64,000 bases of DNA from Macrostomum lignano (Eukaryota): assembly GCA_002269645.1 (NCBI GenBank), contig NIVC01001304.1, positions 1-64,000 of the forward strand, read 5' to 3'. This document shows positions 33,036 to 46,647 of this stretch, in pieces. Under the pieces are notes generated by a model, which saw only the letters and a program-made list of their open reading frames with translations, was not told the DNA's origin and did no database searches. The translations under genes were made by a program, and so were the position numbers. Each line of letters begins with the position of its first letter. The first letter of the stretch is position 1.

Positions 33036-33842
33036 TTGCACTGCAGTGTGGATACTCTATGCCAGTCAAGTGGCTGAACTGCCGCTGTTGCACTGCAGTG
33101 TGGATACTCTATGCCAGTCAAGTGGCTGAACTGCCGCTGTTGCACTGCAGTGTGGATACTCTATGCCAGTCAAGTGGCTGAACTGCCGCTGTTGCACTGC
33201 AGTGTGGATACTCTATGCCAGTCAAGTGGCTGAACTGCCGCTGTTGCACTGCAGTGTGGATACTCTATGCCAGTCAAGTGGCTGAACTGCCGCTGTTGCA
33301 CTGCAGTGTGGATACTCTATGCCAGTCAAGTGGCTGAACTGCCGCTGTTGCACTGCAGTGTGGATACTCTATGCCAGCAAGTGGCTGAACTGCCGCTGTT
33401 GGACTGCAGTGTGGATATTCTATGCCAGTCAAGTGGCTGAACTGCCGCTGTTGCACTGCAGTGTGGATACTCTATGCCAGTCAAGTGGCTGAACTGCCGC
33501 TGTTGCACTGCAGTGTGGATACTCTATGCCAGTCAAGTGGCTGAACTGCCGCTGTTGCACTGCAGTGTGGATACTCTATGCCAGCAAGTGGCTGAACTGC
33601 CGCTGTTGCACTGCAGTGTGGATACTCTATGCCAGCAAGTGGCTGAACTGCCGCTGTTGCACTGCAGTGTGGATACTCTATGCCAGCAAGTGGCTGAACT
33701 GCCGCTGTTGCACTGCAGTGTGGATACTCTATGCCAGCAAGTGGCTGAACTGCCGCTGTTGCACTGCAGTGTGGATACTCTATGCCAGTCAAGTGGCTGA
33801 ACTGCCACTGTTGCACTGCAGTGTGGATACTCTATGCCAGTC
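33036..33842. repeat. 51-52-bp minisatellite (GTTGCACTGCAGTGTGGATACTCTATGCCAGTCAAGTGGCTGAACTGCCGCT), about 15 units
   Basis: Read directly; head-to-tail with no spacers. Confidence 0.96.
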
Positions 33843-34729
33843 AATGCAATGCAGTGGTCCTTTAAAAGAGGAAAGCTTTAAAAAACCAGTACTTATTGAG
33901 AACAAAAATGTGCACTCCTCGACCTAGCTGGTTGGAACATTGGAGTGCACGCAGGTCTCACGGATTACCTGTACCCCAATGAAAAGGGTATACTTAGGCC
34001 GAGAAGCGCCCCTGAGTCGTTGCAGATGACGCAGGTAAAATAGGAAAGAAGTGACTCTAAACGACTCCAAGAACGACGAGATGTCACGGTAGTCTACTAG
34101 CCTACTAAGTTAGAAGTTAAGTGCCAACACAAAGATTTCTGGAGCACTGTTTCACGACTCCTACGACTCTACAATTCAAGTGACGCGCTTTGTGGCGCCA
34201 AAGTCACCTCTCCGCGTTGCATCAGATGCGTTTGAGTCTTTAAAAAGTTGAGTCACAAAAGTCGCTACAGCCACTAGCGAGTTGTTTGCCACGACTTCTT
34301 GCCACAGTATCGTTTTCAACGGGTACCGCATGCACGAACGGCCATATGAATTACCTCTGTAGCTATGAATTGAAGAACAGACTAATTTTGCAAGCATGCA
34401 GATTCAAGTCAAGCATTGCTAGCGATCTTATTCGAAACTGAGAGTTTAACAGAACAAAGTCTTGATCAGATAAGACTGGTGCTCGTATTTTCAATCTTTG
34501 GTCAATTAAAGACTGCCTTGAGTCGACAGGAACGGCAGGGGTTCATGTACATTTCGACGCTCGACACAGAGGTTCACGAGTCAAGGACAGACAGTGTCCG
34601 AGTCAGGGACAGAGCCGTTTCCAGTCCCATGCTCACCCAAAAAGTCCATGTACAAGATAGGGCATGCCTCACGCTTACATGGTAAACTTTTATTCAAGCG
34701 AAGCTGGCTGCTTCTTGACCTTGAAAGTA

Positions 34730-36218
34730 GTGTCTCAGTAGTGTTTCAGTAGTATCTCAGTAGTATCCCAGTAGTGTCTCAGTATCTCAGTAGTGTTTCA
34801 GTAGTGTTTCAGTAGTATCTCAGTAGTATCCCAGTAGTGTCTCAGTATCTCAGTAGTGTTTCAGTAGTGTTTCAGTAGTATCTCAGGAGTATCTCAGTAG
34901 TATCCCAGTAGTATCTCAGTAGTATCCCAGTATTATCTCAGTAGTATCTCAGTAGTATCTCAGTAGTATCTTAGTAGTGTCTCAGTAGTATCTCAGTAGC
35001 GTCTCAGTAGTATCCAGTAGTGTCTCAGTAGTATCTCAGTAGTATCCAGTAGTGTCTCAGTAGTATCTCAGTAGTATCCAGTAGTGTCTCAGTAGTGTCT
35101 CAGTAGTATCTCAGTAGTATCCCAGTAGTATCTCAGTAGTATCCCAGTATTATCTCAGTAGTATCTCAGTAGTATCCCAGTAGTGTCTCAGTAGTATCTC
35201 AGTAGTATCCAGTAGTGTCTCAGTAGTATCTCAGTAGTTTCTCAGTAGTGTCTCAGTAGTATCTCAGTAGTGTCTCAGTAGTGTCTCAGTAGTATCTCAG
35301 TAGTATCTCAGTAGTATCTCAGTAGTGTCTCAGTAGTATCTCAGTAGTGTCTCAGTAGTTTCTCAGTAGTGTCTTAGTAGTATCTCAGTAGTGTCTCAGT
35401 AGTGTCTCAGTAGTGTCTCAGTAGTGTCTTAGTAGTGTCTCAGTAGTATCTCAGTAGTGTCTCAGTAGTGTCTCAGTAGTATCTCAGTAGTATCTTAGTA
35501 GTGTCTCAGTAGTGTCTCAGTAGTGTCTTAGTAGTGTCTCAGTAGTGTCTCAGTAGTGTCTTAGTAGTAACTCAGTAGTGTCTCAGTAGTGTCTCAGTAG
35601 TGTCTCAGTAGTATCTCAGTAGCGTCTCAGTAGTATCCAGTAGTGTCTCAGTAGTATCTCAGTAGTATCCAGTAGTGTCTCAGTAGTATCTCAGTAGTAT
35701 CCAGTAGTGTCTCAGTAGTGTCTCAGTAGTATCTCAGTAGTATCCCAGTAGTATCTCAGTAGTATCCAGTAGTGTCTCAGTAGTATCTCAGTAGTATCCC
35801 AGTAGTATCTCAGTAGTGTCTCAGTAGTTTCTCAGTAGTGTCCCAGTAGTATCTCAGTAGTATCTCAGTAGTGTCTCAGTAGTTTCTCAGTAGTATCTCA
35901 GTAGTGTCTCAGTAGTATCTCAGTAGTGTCTCAGTAGTGTCTCAGTAGTGTCTCAGTAGTATCTCAGTAGTGTCTCAGTAGTGTCTCAGTAGTATCTCAG
36001 TAGTATGTTAGTAGTGTCTCAGTAGTGTCTCAGTAGTGTCTTAGTAGTGTCTCAGTAGTGTCTCAGTAGTGTCTCAGTAGTATCTCAGTAGTGTCTCAGT
36101 AGTGTCTTAGTAGTATCTCAGTAGTGTCTCAGTAGTGTCTCAGTAGTATCTCAGTAGTGTCTCAGTAGTGTCTCAGTAGTGTATCAGTAGTGTCTCAGTA
36201 GTATCTCAGTAGTGTCTC
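34730..36218. repeat. 11-bp minisatellite (CAGTAGT(G/A)TCT)
   Basis: Read directly. Confidence 0.96.
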
Positions 36219-36849
36219 TGTGATTGCCTGAGCTGTGGATTCCTCCACAGCCTGGCCAGGGAGGGTCTACCGCTACCACTGACTAATGTTACTCGTATTT
36301 CGCACTCTGTTAGTTCCCCTCACTGACTTATCGGAGTCTCCCCTTCTGCACACTCCCACCACTTCCCAGTGCAATAGCTAATAAAGACTTCGTTCTCAAG
36401 TCATTACAGTCTCAGTAGTGTCTCAGTAGTATCCACCGAAAAAATGTAAAACTTGAAATCCAACTTAAATGTAAGCAAATGTAATGTCGGTCTTGAGTGA
36501 AGGTCACGTGCTCTGTTTTAAAATCTTGATAAGACAGAATGCCAGTGGCAGAAATTTAATTTTGCCTGTCAGTCAGCCAGAAGCCAAGCCAGCTGACAGA
36601 TCAGTAAAAGTGCAAGCAATTCGCATGAGTAAAATTCACAGGCTAAACTCAAGCTCAATCGTAGAAACAAATCGGACCTTCTGGTCAACTTAGGAGGGCA
36701 CAGAATTTAGCTCATTATATGCACTTTTCGCATAGCTAAGTACATTTGAAACGCGAGATTTTCACATCAGTAAATTTCACATGGAATATCACCTACAGTG
36801 ATTTCATTCAGGAACGTTCGATAGACAGAAATTACCGCAGAAACGAAAG

Positions 36850-37012
36850 CAATCATGGGTGCTAGCTGGTGACAGCACATTACTCAGACAGCAATCATGG
36901 GTGCTAGCTGGTGACAGCACATTACTCAGACAGCAATCATGGGTGCCAGCTGGTGACAGCACATTACTCAGACAGCAATCATGGGTGCCAGCTGGTGACA
37001 GCACATTACTCA
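36850..37012. repeat. 42-bp tandem repeat, about 4 units
   Basis: GACAGCAATCATGGGTGC(T/C)AGCTGGTGACAGCACATTACTCA. Confidence 0.9.
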
Positions 37013-37217
37013 GAAGGCGTTTGAACAGGGATTGAAAGACTGCGATGGAAGAAGGGATAAAATGGAATAAACATGGACACAGAGTATAGAAGCTTCATCT
37101 CGAATCCTGTTTAAAAATTGTTTAAACAATTACATTCTGAATAGAAAAATATTGTGTGAAATTGTGAAGATTGTGAATTATTGTGAAATATTGTACATGC
37201 AGTCGGCCTGGGACCGC

Positions 37218-37545
37218 TCCCCTCAGCTCCTCCTCAGATCCCCTCAGCTCCTCCTCAGATCCCTCAGCTCCTCCTCAGATCCCCTCAGCTCCTCCTCAGA
37301 TCCCCTCAGCTCCTCCTCAGATCCCCTCAGCTCCTCCTCAGATCCCCTCAGCTCCTCCTCAGATCCCCTCAGCTCCTCCTCAGATCCCCTCAGCTCCTCC
37401 TCAGATCCCCTCAGCTCCTCCTCAGATCCCCTCAGCTCCTCCTCAGATCCCCTCAGCTCCTCCTCAGATCCCCTCAGCTCCTCCTCAGATCCCCTCAGCT
37501 CCTCCTCAGATCCCCTCAGCTCCTCCTCAGATCCCCTCAGCTCAT
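37218..37545. repeat. 21-bp minisatellite (CAGATCCCCTCAGCTCCTCCT) abutting the NRF-6-like stop codon
   Basis: Read directly. Confidence 0.95.
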
Positions 37546-39680
37546 TCAGCGGCCCCTCAGCACCCGCTCCAGTCCGATCAGGGGCGCCTCAAACATCAGC
37601 GACGCCACAAAGGCGGCCATGTAGGCCAGGGCGCAGTTGCCCAGGAAGGCGTGGATCACGGAGAAATTGTCCCACACCATGGCCTGCCTGCGGCTCAGGT
37701 AGTAAGCCAGCATCACGACCGGGTGCACCAGGTAGGCGCAGTAGGTGAGCCGAGACAGCGGGGCAAACAGCGGCTGCGACAGCAGACTGTTCACCCAGCC
37801 GCCGTTGCCAGTGACGCAGGCGATGGTCACCCAGCCGACGGCGGCGGCCCACAGCGGCCGGTAGACGGCGTTGTACAGCGAGGCGACGTTTTGCGACAGC
37901 TTGACCCGGCCGCCGTCCACATCGTAGAGGCCGTACACGATGCTGAGGGCCACCCCGGCCGCCACCAGCCACAGCAGGGCCACCAGGAGCCTGCGGGGGC
38001 GCCAGCGGTAGCGGATTCTTGCATGAAATGTCCAACACAGAGATGGGATCAGATGAGAAATGGGATCAGATGGGGACGATGGGGATGCGAATTAGGGAGA
38101 TGGGGATCAGGGAGATGGGAATTAGGCAGATATAGAATCAAGAGGAAAGGAATTAGGCCAGGGGATGGGATCAGGGGGTGGGATCAGGGGATAGGATCAG
38201 GGGAATAGGATCAGGGGGTGGGATCAGGGGGATGGGATCAGGGGGATGGGATCAGGGGGGATGGGATCAGGGGTTGGGATCAGGGGGATGGGATCAGGGG
38301 TTGGGATCAGGAGAATAGGATCAGGGGGATGGGATCAGGAGAATGGGATCAGGGGGATGGGATCAGGGGGATGGGATCAGGGGGGTGGGATCAGGAGAAT
38401 GGGATCAGGGGGATGGGATCAGGAGAATGGGATCAGGGGGATGGGATCAGGAGAATGGGATCAGGGGGATGGGATCAGGGGAATGGGATCAGGGGAATGG
38501 GATCAGGGGGATGGGATCAGGGGAATGGGATCAGGGGAATGGGATCAGGGGAATGGGATCAGGGGAATGGGATCAGGGGAATGGGATCTAAGGAGCAAAT
38601 CGCGCACCTGTTGGGCCGCCAGCGCCGCTCCTTGAGTCGGTGCAGCAGATAGCCGGACAGCACGCCGACCAGGTAGGGGGTCGCCCGGAACCACGGCTTG
38701 ATGTAGATGCCGCTGAACTCCTGCGCGATGCCGAAGAAGCCGACGGCCAGGCCATTGACGGTGCTGTGGATGCCCATGGCGGTGACGGAGGCGAGCAGCA
38801 AGGCGGAGGTGACCCCGACGCCGAGGGCGGGCTTGATGGCCAGCAGGCAGAACAGCATCGGGCTGACAATGTAGAACTGCATGTCGTTGGCCAGGTACCA
38901 GGACCAGCCCATGCACTGCGGGTGGCGGGAGTTTATGTTATTTATATTTTTTCGATACATATCGGCATTAGGTGTCCAAGTTTCGTTTGTTAAGCAAAAG
39001 ACAATTCAAATTCGCGCGAAAAATGGCATTGCTAAACTATCGTTAAACACTCCACTGATACACAGCCAGACATATTTTCGATACATATCGGCACTAACCC
39101 CAGCGCCGGACTCAGCGGAGAACAGGTTATTGATGTACAGCGCATTCTTCCACCAGTCCGTGGGGCACTGCGGGTCGATGGCAGCCGGCGCCTGCGGGTA
39201 CATCGGGCCCTCGTAGACGTACTGGAAGAGGCTCACGTAGGTGGCCATGACCAGCAGGTAGGGCGGGGTGAGCCGCCAGTACCTGTGCACGTAGAACATC
39301 AGCCAGTTGATTTTGCGAAGCCCGCCGCCCATGCGCTGCAGTTCCCGGAAGAACAGGTAGGTGGACAGCAGGCCGCTCAGCACGAAGAAGCTGTCCACCG
39401 AGACGGTGGCGTTGGCGATCACCTGGAAGGTCCAGTCATTCTGCCAGCCGGCATACAGCTGGCCCATGTTGTTCAGCGAGCCGAAGGCGAAGTAGTAGGT
39501 GTGGCCCAGGATCACCCACGACATGGACAGGAAGCGCAGGCCGTGCACGCAGGTCAGGGTGCCCTCTGAGTGGCTGACGTCCGCGATCTTGCGGGCGTTG
39601 GTGAGCACCGAGAAGCAGAGCAGCAGGCGGAGGGGCAGCGCTGGGGATGGGGTGGGTTCTGCCGGGTATGAGACAGACAG

Positions 39681-39763
<83 letters not shown>

Positions 39764-39764
39764 C

Positions 39765-39843
<79 letters not shown>

Positions 39844-41907
39844 GTCAGGCAGGCAGGCAGACAGACAGACAGACAGACAGACCGGCAGAGACACACAGAA
39901 ACTCACGCAGCATGTCCGCAGCGATGGCGCTGAAGCTGGAGGCGGTCTCATGGCCACCGTTGGCGATTCCGTTGACGCGGTGGCCGCCGCCATCAACCGC
40001 AGCAGCGGAGATGCCGTCCGCACTGGCAGTCTCCGCGTCCGCTTCCTCATCCTCGTTGACCAGCAGCTGCTTTCTGGAGCGGCAGAGGCTGCGCCAGCTC
40101 AGCCGGTAGGTGCGCACCAAGTCAAAGGCGGTGCCCAGCAGCATGAAGACGCCGAAGAGGCTGAGCAGGCAGCTGCAGAGCGGAAGAGGGCGGCGCTCTG
40201 GGTTTATAGAGTAAAAAAGCCTCCTTAATGATGCCAAATGACAGAATGGTACCATAATGAGACTCAAATGGCACCACAACCAGACAGAATGACACCACAA
40301 CCAGACAGAATGACACAACAACCAGACAGAATGACACCACAACCAGACAGAATGACACCACAACCAGACAGAATGACACCACAACCAGACAGAATGACAC
40401 AACAACCAGACAGAATGGCACCACAAGAAAGCATGCACCCAAAAAATGTGTCCCAGGCTGAAAAGTATCCGCATACGTCATAAACACAGCAGCCCGTGTC
40501 CAGGGCAGCTGGGCTCGGGGCTGGTGGCACTGAGTAGCCTGAGGAAGCACCAGAAGAGACCGGTTGGCGGGCAGCAGCTTCTGAAGCGGGCTGAGCAGCA
40601 GCTGCGTCAGGTTGTTAATCTGGGCGGGTGAGCAGCTGTCCGGCCAGCAGAGGCCCAGGCGAAGCGCGCTGGACTCGAGGCCGCCGGCTGGCCGGTCCGA
40701 ACCGTCGGTCTCCGCAGCGGCCAGCAGGCAGTAGGAGCCGCGGATCGGCAGGGGGTCGCCGCGATGCTCATCAGCGGCGCCGTAGATCTCGATGGGGTCG
40801 GAGCGGCCCACGGCCATGCACTGGTCGTAGTTGCCCAGCCAGAGCCGGGCGCCATAGGCCAGGGCTGCCGGCGGCTTGGCGTCCGAGTCCAGGACTGCGA
40901 GTGCGGCGGCGAAAGCGACAAGGGCGATGGTCAGGGAGCTTTGAAGGCGATTGTCAGGGAGGTTTAAGGACGATTTTCAGGAAGCTTTAAGGGCGATTGT
41001 CATGGAGGTTTAAGAGCGATAGTCAGGGAGGTTTAAGGGTGGTCAGGGAGGTTTGAAGGCGATGGTCAGGAAGCTTTAAGGGCGACGGTCAGGGAGGTTT
41101 AAGAGCGATTGTCAGGAAGCTTTAAGGCCGATTGTCAGGCAGGTTTAAGGGCGATTGTCAGGAAGCTTTAAGGGCGATTGTCAGGCAGGTTTGAAGGCGA
41201 TGGTCAGGCAGGTTTAAAGGCGATAGTCAGGGAGGTTTAAAGGCGATTGTCAGGGAGGTTTAAAGGCGATTGTCAGGGAGGTTTAAAGGCGATTGTCAGG
41301 GAGGTTTAAAGGCGATTGTCAGGAAGGTTTAAAGGCCATTGTCAGGGAGTTTTAAGGGCGATTGTCAGGAAGGTTTAAAGGCCATTGTCAGGGAGGTTTA
41401 AGGGCAACTGGCAGGCAGCTTTAAAGGTTTAAAGATGTGTTGAATAATCATGATTGATAGCTTAGGTTCCTTGCACGCTTGCATTAGCTAAAAAACAGCC
41501 AGAGTCGGCCAGAGCCCCAACTCACACTTGAGCGCCCAGCCTTCGCCCTTGGACAGAGCCATGAGCAGGGTCACGGTGTGGTTGGCGCAGGCCGAAATGC
41601 TCTCATTGCCGTCAGAAGCGACAGCAAACGGAGCCGCAGCCTGCTCAGCCCTGACGAAAGTCTCCAGCGCTTCCAGAGCCGCCTGTCGCAGGCTGGCGCC
41701 GTCGGCAGACAGCAGGCGAGCCGCGGCCTCCAGCGTCGGCCGGGAGACGCCGCCGTCGGCAGCATCTGCCACCGGCCTGAAACTGTCGAGTCTCCGCCAG
41801 AAGGAGCTGTAACTGACCTCCCCGCCTGCCGCCGCGGCAAGCAGCGGCAGCAGCAGCAGCAGCGCCGCCGGAGACAGTGAGCTGGCCGCTGAAAGCTTCA
41901 GGATCAT
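37546..41907 (-). CDS. NRF-6/OACYL-like O-acyltransferase (NRF domain plus acyltransferase-3), 6 exons, 786 aa
   Basis: complement join(41907-41526,40894-40477,40172-39907,39640-39099,38915-38608,37990-37546) = 2361 nt, in phase. Signal peptide, FLDSDAKPP...[79 protein letters not shown]. Confidence 0.93.
38040..38590. repeat. 14-15-bp minisatellite (GGGATCAGGGG(A/G)AT) in NRF-6-like intron 5
   Basis: Read directly. Confidence 0.93.
39670..39885. repeat. (GACA)n microsatellite in NRF-6-like intron 3
   Basis: Read directly. Confidence 0.97.
40265..40425. repeat. 21-bp minisatellite (ACAACCAGACAGAATGACACC) in NRF-6-like intron 2
   Basis: Read directly. Confidence 0.92.
40925..41425. repeat. 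22-bp minisatellite (AGGCGATTGTCAGGGAGGTTTA) in NRF-6-like intron 1
   Basis: Read directly. Confidence 0.92.
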
Positions 41908-42424
41908 GCTGCACTGTACAGAGGCTGGTATGTGACTCTAAGTGAATCTAGCCGAACCAGAGCGATGTCAAATTGAAGTGAAAGTGACAGAATGGGTGGC
42001 GGTCCCGTCCCAGCTAAGATATATTGCACCTGCCAGACCTTAAGACCTTATCTGCTAAGCAATTTTTCTATCGCTTATCAGCGCTGCAGCTTCAGCTAAC
42101 AGGGCTGAGGTGGGGCTTGCGGCTAACTGGGGCGGCTAAGGAGAGAGCAGAGAACACTGCGCTGCACTGCGGTCCAGTGGCAATGTACTATTGCACCAGT
42201 CCAATGACTCGCCTCTCCCCCTCTTTCCCAGCTAGCGAATGCGTGCGCCAAATGACGCAGACAGACTCGAATGCAGCTGAGACAGAAGGCAGAATGAGCT
42301 GAGCTGCTCACAGCCGAAAGCTAGAGCTGCACACGTCACTGTTGGGTCGGTGAGCATACCTGCTGTAGCTCTATAGAACATTTTGCGGTGCTTCCAAGCT
42401 TTGCTGCAGCTAAGGCTGAGGGCC

Positions 42425-43750
42425 AGCTGGACACAAGCAATGCAGTCTGGATACAAGCAATGCAGTGTCTGGACACAAGCAATGCAGTCTGGACACAAGC
42501 AATGCAGTGTCTGGACACAAGCAATGCAGTGTCTGGACACAAGCAATGCAGTGTCTGGACACAAGCAATGCAGTGTCTGGACACAAGCAATGCAGTCTGG
42601 ACACAAGCAATGCAGTGTCTGGACACAAACAATGCAGTCTGGACACAAGCAATGCAGTGTCTGGACACAAGCAATGCAGTCTGGACACAAGCAATGCAGT
42701 GTCTGGACACAAGCAATGCAGTCTGGACACAAGCAATGCAGTCTGGACACAAGCAATGCAGTGTCTGGACACAAGCAATGCAGTCTCTGGACACAAGCAA
42801 TGCAGTCTGGACACAAGCAATGCAGTGTGGACACAAGCAATGCAGTGTGGACACAAGCAATGCAGTGTCTGGACACAAGCAATGCAGTCTGGACACAAGC
42901 AATGCAGTGTCTGGACACAAGCAATGCAGTCTGGACACAAGCAATGCAGTGTCTGGACACAAGCAATGCAGTCTGGACACAAGCAATGCAGTGTGGACAC
43001 AAGCAATGCAGTGTCTGGACACAAGCAATGCAGTCTGGACACAAGTAATGCAGTGTCTGGACACAAGCAATGCAGTGTGGACACAAGCAATGCAGTGTCT
43101 GGACACAAGCAATGCAGTGTCTGGACACAAGCAAAGCAGTCTGGACACAAGCAAAGCAGTCTGGACACAAGCAATGCAGTGTCTGGACACAAGCAATGCA
43201 GTGTGGACACAAGCAATGCAGTGTCTGGACACAAGCAATGCAGTGTGGACACAAGCAAAGCAGTCTGGACACAAGCAATGCAGTGTCTGGACACAAGCAA
43301 TGCAGTGTCTGGACACAAGCAAAGCAGTCTGGACACAAGCAAAGCAGTCTGGACACAAGCAATGCAGTGTCTGGACACAAGCAAAGCAGTCTGGACACAA
43401 GCAATGCAGTGTCTGGACACAAGCAAAGCAGTCTGGACACAAGCAAAGCAGTCTGGACACAAGCAATGCAGTGTCTGGACACAAGCAATGCAGTGTCTGG
43501 ACACAAGCAATGCAGTGTCTGGACACAAGCAAAGCAGTCTGGACACAAGCAAAGCAGTCTGGACACAAGCAATGCAGTGTCTGGACACAAGCAATGCAGT
43601 GTCTGGACACAAGCAAAGCAGTCTGGACACAAGCAAAGCAGTCTGGACACAAGCAATGCAGTGTCTGGACACAAGCAATGCAGTGTCTGGACACAAGCAA
43701 TGCAGTGTCTGGACACAAGCAAAGCAGTCTGGACACAAGTAATGCAGTCT
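42425..43750. repeat. 20/22-bp minisatellite (CTGGACACAAGCAATGCAGT(GT))
   Basis: Read directly. Confidence 0.96.
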
Positions 43751-44199
43751 AATATAATAAACTAAAGCCAAGAAGCTGTTACTACTGTGGAGAATTCTAT
43801 TAAAATGCTAGCAAAACAGACCTTCAGTGGTAAACAGACAGAAGACATGGCACAAAATTTAATAATTGAAAAATTTCAGAATGGTAAAAAACCTTTTTAT
43901 GCATCATTTATTATAAATGATTATTTCATGCAAGATTCAAAAACACATCCGCGTTATCATACAACGCAAACAGAAAAAAGGTACAGGCAAAAGTAAAAAA
44001 AACAAAAAAGAAGCTATTGGAAGATCAGGATTTGCAATGCTCATCATTGCGTATTAGTGTTATTATATCTATAAAAATCACAAAAATCTGTCACAAAAAT
44101 TTTCAAAAATATTACATCATTTAATATCCTCCGTGCGGCCAGTGGTTAAAATTGAGAAGAATATGTAAAGTAGGGTATTACAGTTGAAGAGAAAGGTAC

Positions 44200-45572
44200 A
44201 TGTAGCTCAGGTAGAGACAATGGTAGCTCAGGTAGGGACAATGGTAGCTCAGGTAGGGACAATGGTAGCTCAGGTAGAGACAATGGTAGCTCAGGTAGGG
44301 ACAATGGTAGCTCAGGTAGAGACAATGGTAGCTCAGGTAGGGACAATGGTAGCTCAGGTAGAGACAATGGTAGCTCAGGTAGGGACAATGGTAGCTCAGG
44401 TAGAGACAATGGTAGCTCAGGTAGGGACAATGGTAGCTCAGGTAGGGACAATGGTAGCTCAGGTAGAGACAATGGTAGCTCAGGTAGGGACAATGGTAGC
44501 TCAGGTAGGGACAATGGTAGCTCAGGTAGAGACAATGGTAGCTCAGGTAGGGACAATGGTAGCTCAGGTAGAGACAATGGTAGCTCAGGTAGAGACAACG
44601 GTAGCTCAGGTAGGGACAATGGTAGCTCAGGTAGAGACAATGGTAGCTCAGGTAGGGACAATGGTAGCTCAGGTAGAGACAGTGGTAGCTCAGGTAGGGA
44701 CAATGGTAGCTCAGGTAGAGACAGTGGTAGCTCAGGTAGAGACAATGGAAGCTCAGGTAGGGACAATGGTAGCTCAGGTAGAGACAATGGTAGCTCAGGT
44801 AGGGACAATGGTAGCTCAGGTAGGGACAATGGTAGCTCAGGTAGGGACAATGGTAGCTCAGGTAGAGACAATGGTAGCTCAGGTAGGGACAATGGTAGCT
44901 CAGGTAGGGACAATGGTAGCTCAGGTAGGGACAATGGTAGCTCAGGTAGGGACAATGGTAGCTCAGGTAGGGACAATGGTAGCTCAGGTAGGGACAATGG
45001 TAGCTCAGGTAGGGACAATGGTAGCTCAGGTAGGGACAATGGTAGCTCAGGTAGGGACAATGGTAGCTCAGGTAGGGACAATGGTAGCTCAGGTAGGGAC
45101 AATGGTAGCTCAGGTAGAGACAATGGTAGCTCAGGTAGGGACAATGGTAGCTCAGGTAGAGACAATGGTAGCTCAGGTAGGGACAATGGTAGCTCAGGTA
45201 GAGACAATGGTAGCTCAGGTAGAGACAATGGAAGCTCAGGTAGGGACAATGGTAGCTCAGGTAGAGACAATGGTAGCTCAGGTAGAGACAATGGTAGCTC
45301 AGGTAGGGACAATGGTAGCTCAGGTAGAGACAATGGTAGCTCAGGTAGGGACAATGGTAGCTCAGGTAGAGACAATGGTAGCTCAGGTAGAGACAATGGT
45401 AGCTCAGGTAGGGACAATGGTAGCTCAGGTAGAGACAATGGTAGCTCAGGTAGAGACAATGGAAGCTCAGGTAGGGACAATGGTAGCTCAGGTAGAGACA
45501 ATGGTAGCTCAGGTAGGGACAATGGTAGCTCAGGTAGGGACAATGGTAGCTCAGGTAGGGACAATGGTAGCT
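44200..45572. repeat. 21-bp minisatellite (GGTAGCTCAGGTAG(G/A)GACAAT), about 65 units
   Basis: Read directly. Confidence 0.97.
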
Positions 45573-45854
45573 TCTAGGCTATACATACAAACTGAGATTC
45601 GAAGATAATTGTAAAGAATAAAGATTGTAAACGAAAATTAAAAAATTATATACTGCAATAGAATTCAGAATGAAACCAGGCAAATATACAGTGCTGCTTG
45701 AAGCCAAAACACCTAATTTTTTGCAAAAAGCGAGAACTGAAAATTCATTTTAAAACAGCTTCCAAAAATGGCATTTATTGGTATTTGTATTGGCATTGGT
45801 ATTGGCATTTACACTGCTGACAACAGAAAATGACGGTTTTTACCCATTTTTCGG

Positions 45855-46560
45855 ATGGGGATGCGTGAATGATAGGATTCGTGAAAGATGGGATGCGTGA
45901 ATGATAGGATTCGTGAAAGATGGGATGCATGAATGATAGGATTCGTGAAGGATGGGATGCGTGAATGATAGGAATCGTGAATGATGGGATGCGGGAATGA
46001 TAGGAATCGTGAATGATGGGATGCGGGAATGATAGGATTAGTGAAGGGTGGGATGCGGTAATGATAGGATTCGTGAAGGATGGGATGCGTGAATGATAGG
46101 AATCGTGAAGGATGGGATGCGGGAATGATAGGAATCGTGAATGATGGGATGCGGGAATGATAGGATTAGTGAAGGGTGGGATGCGGTAATGATAGGATTC
46201 GTGAAGGATGGGATGCGTGAATGATAGGAATCGTGAATGATGGGATGCGGTAATGATAGGATTCGTGAAGGATGGGATGCGGGAATGATAGGAATCGTGA
46301 ATGATGGGATGCGGTAATGATAGGATTCGTGAAGGATGGGATGCGTGAATGATAGGAATCGTGAATGATGGGATGCGGGAATGATAGGATTAGTGAAGGG
46401 TGGGATGCGGTAATGATAGGATTCGTGAAGGATGGGATGCGGGAATGATAGGAATCGTGAATGATGGGATGCGGGAATGATAGGATTCGTGAAGGATGGG
46501 ATGTGGGAATGATGGAATGCGTGAACAAATGCGTGAATGATGGGATGCGTGATTGATGGG
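45855..46560. repeat. 32-bp minisatellite (GATGGGATGCGTGAATGATAGGATTCGTGAAG)
   Basis: Read directly. Confidence 0.93.
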
Positions 46561-46647
46561 ATTTGTGAACGATAGATAGTAGCAAATACTATAAAGGTCA
46601 GAGATAGTACGCATCATAGATTCGTACATATGTACGATCTCAGGGCC

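Noticed and set aside
33036-33842. CRISPR-like regular array
   Set aside because: Units are head-to-tail with no unique spacers; eukaryotic context; no cas genes. The same applies to 3359-3631 and all other arrays.
42232-45608. Cys-rich or keratin-associated-like and (LSLPELP)n ORFs
   Set aside because: Products of 20-22-bp minisatellites, open in most frames on both strands, with no unique coding flanks.
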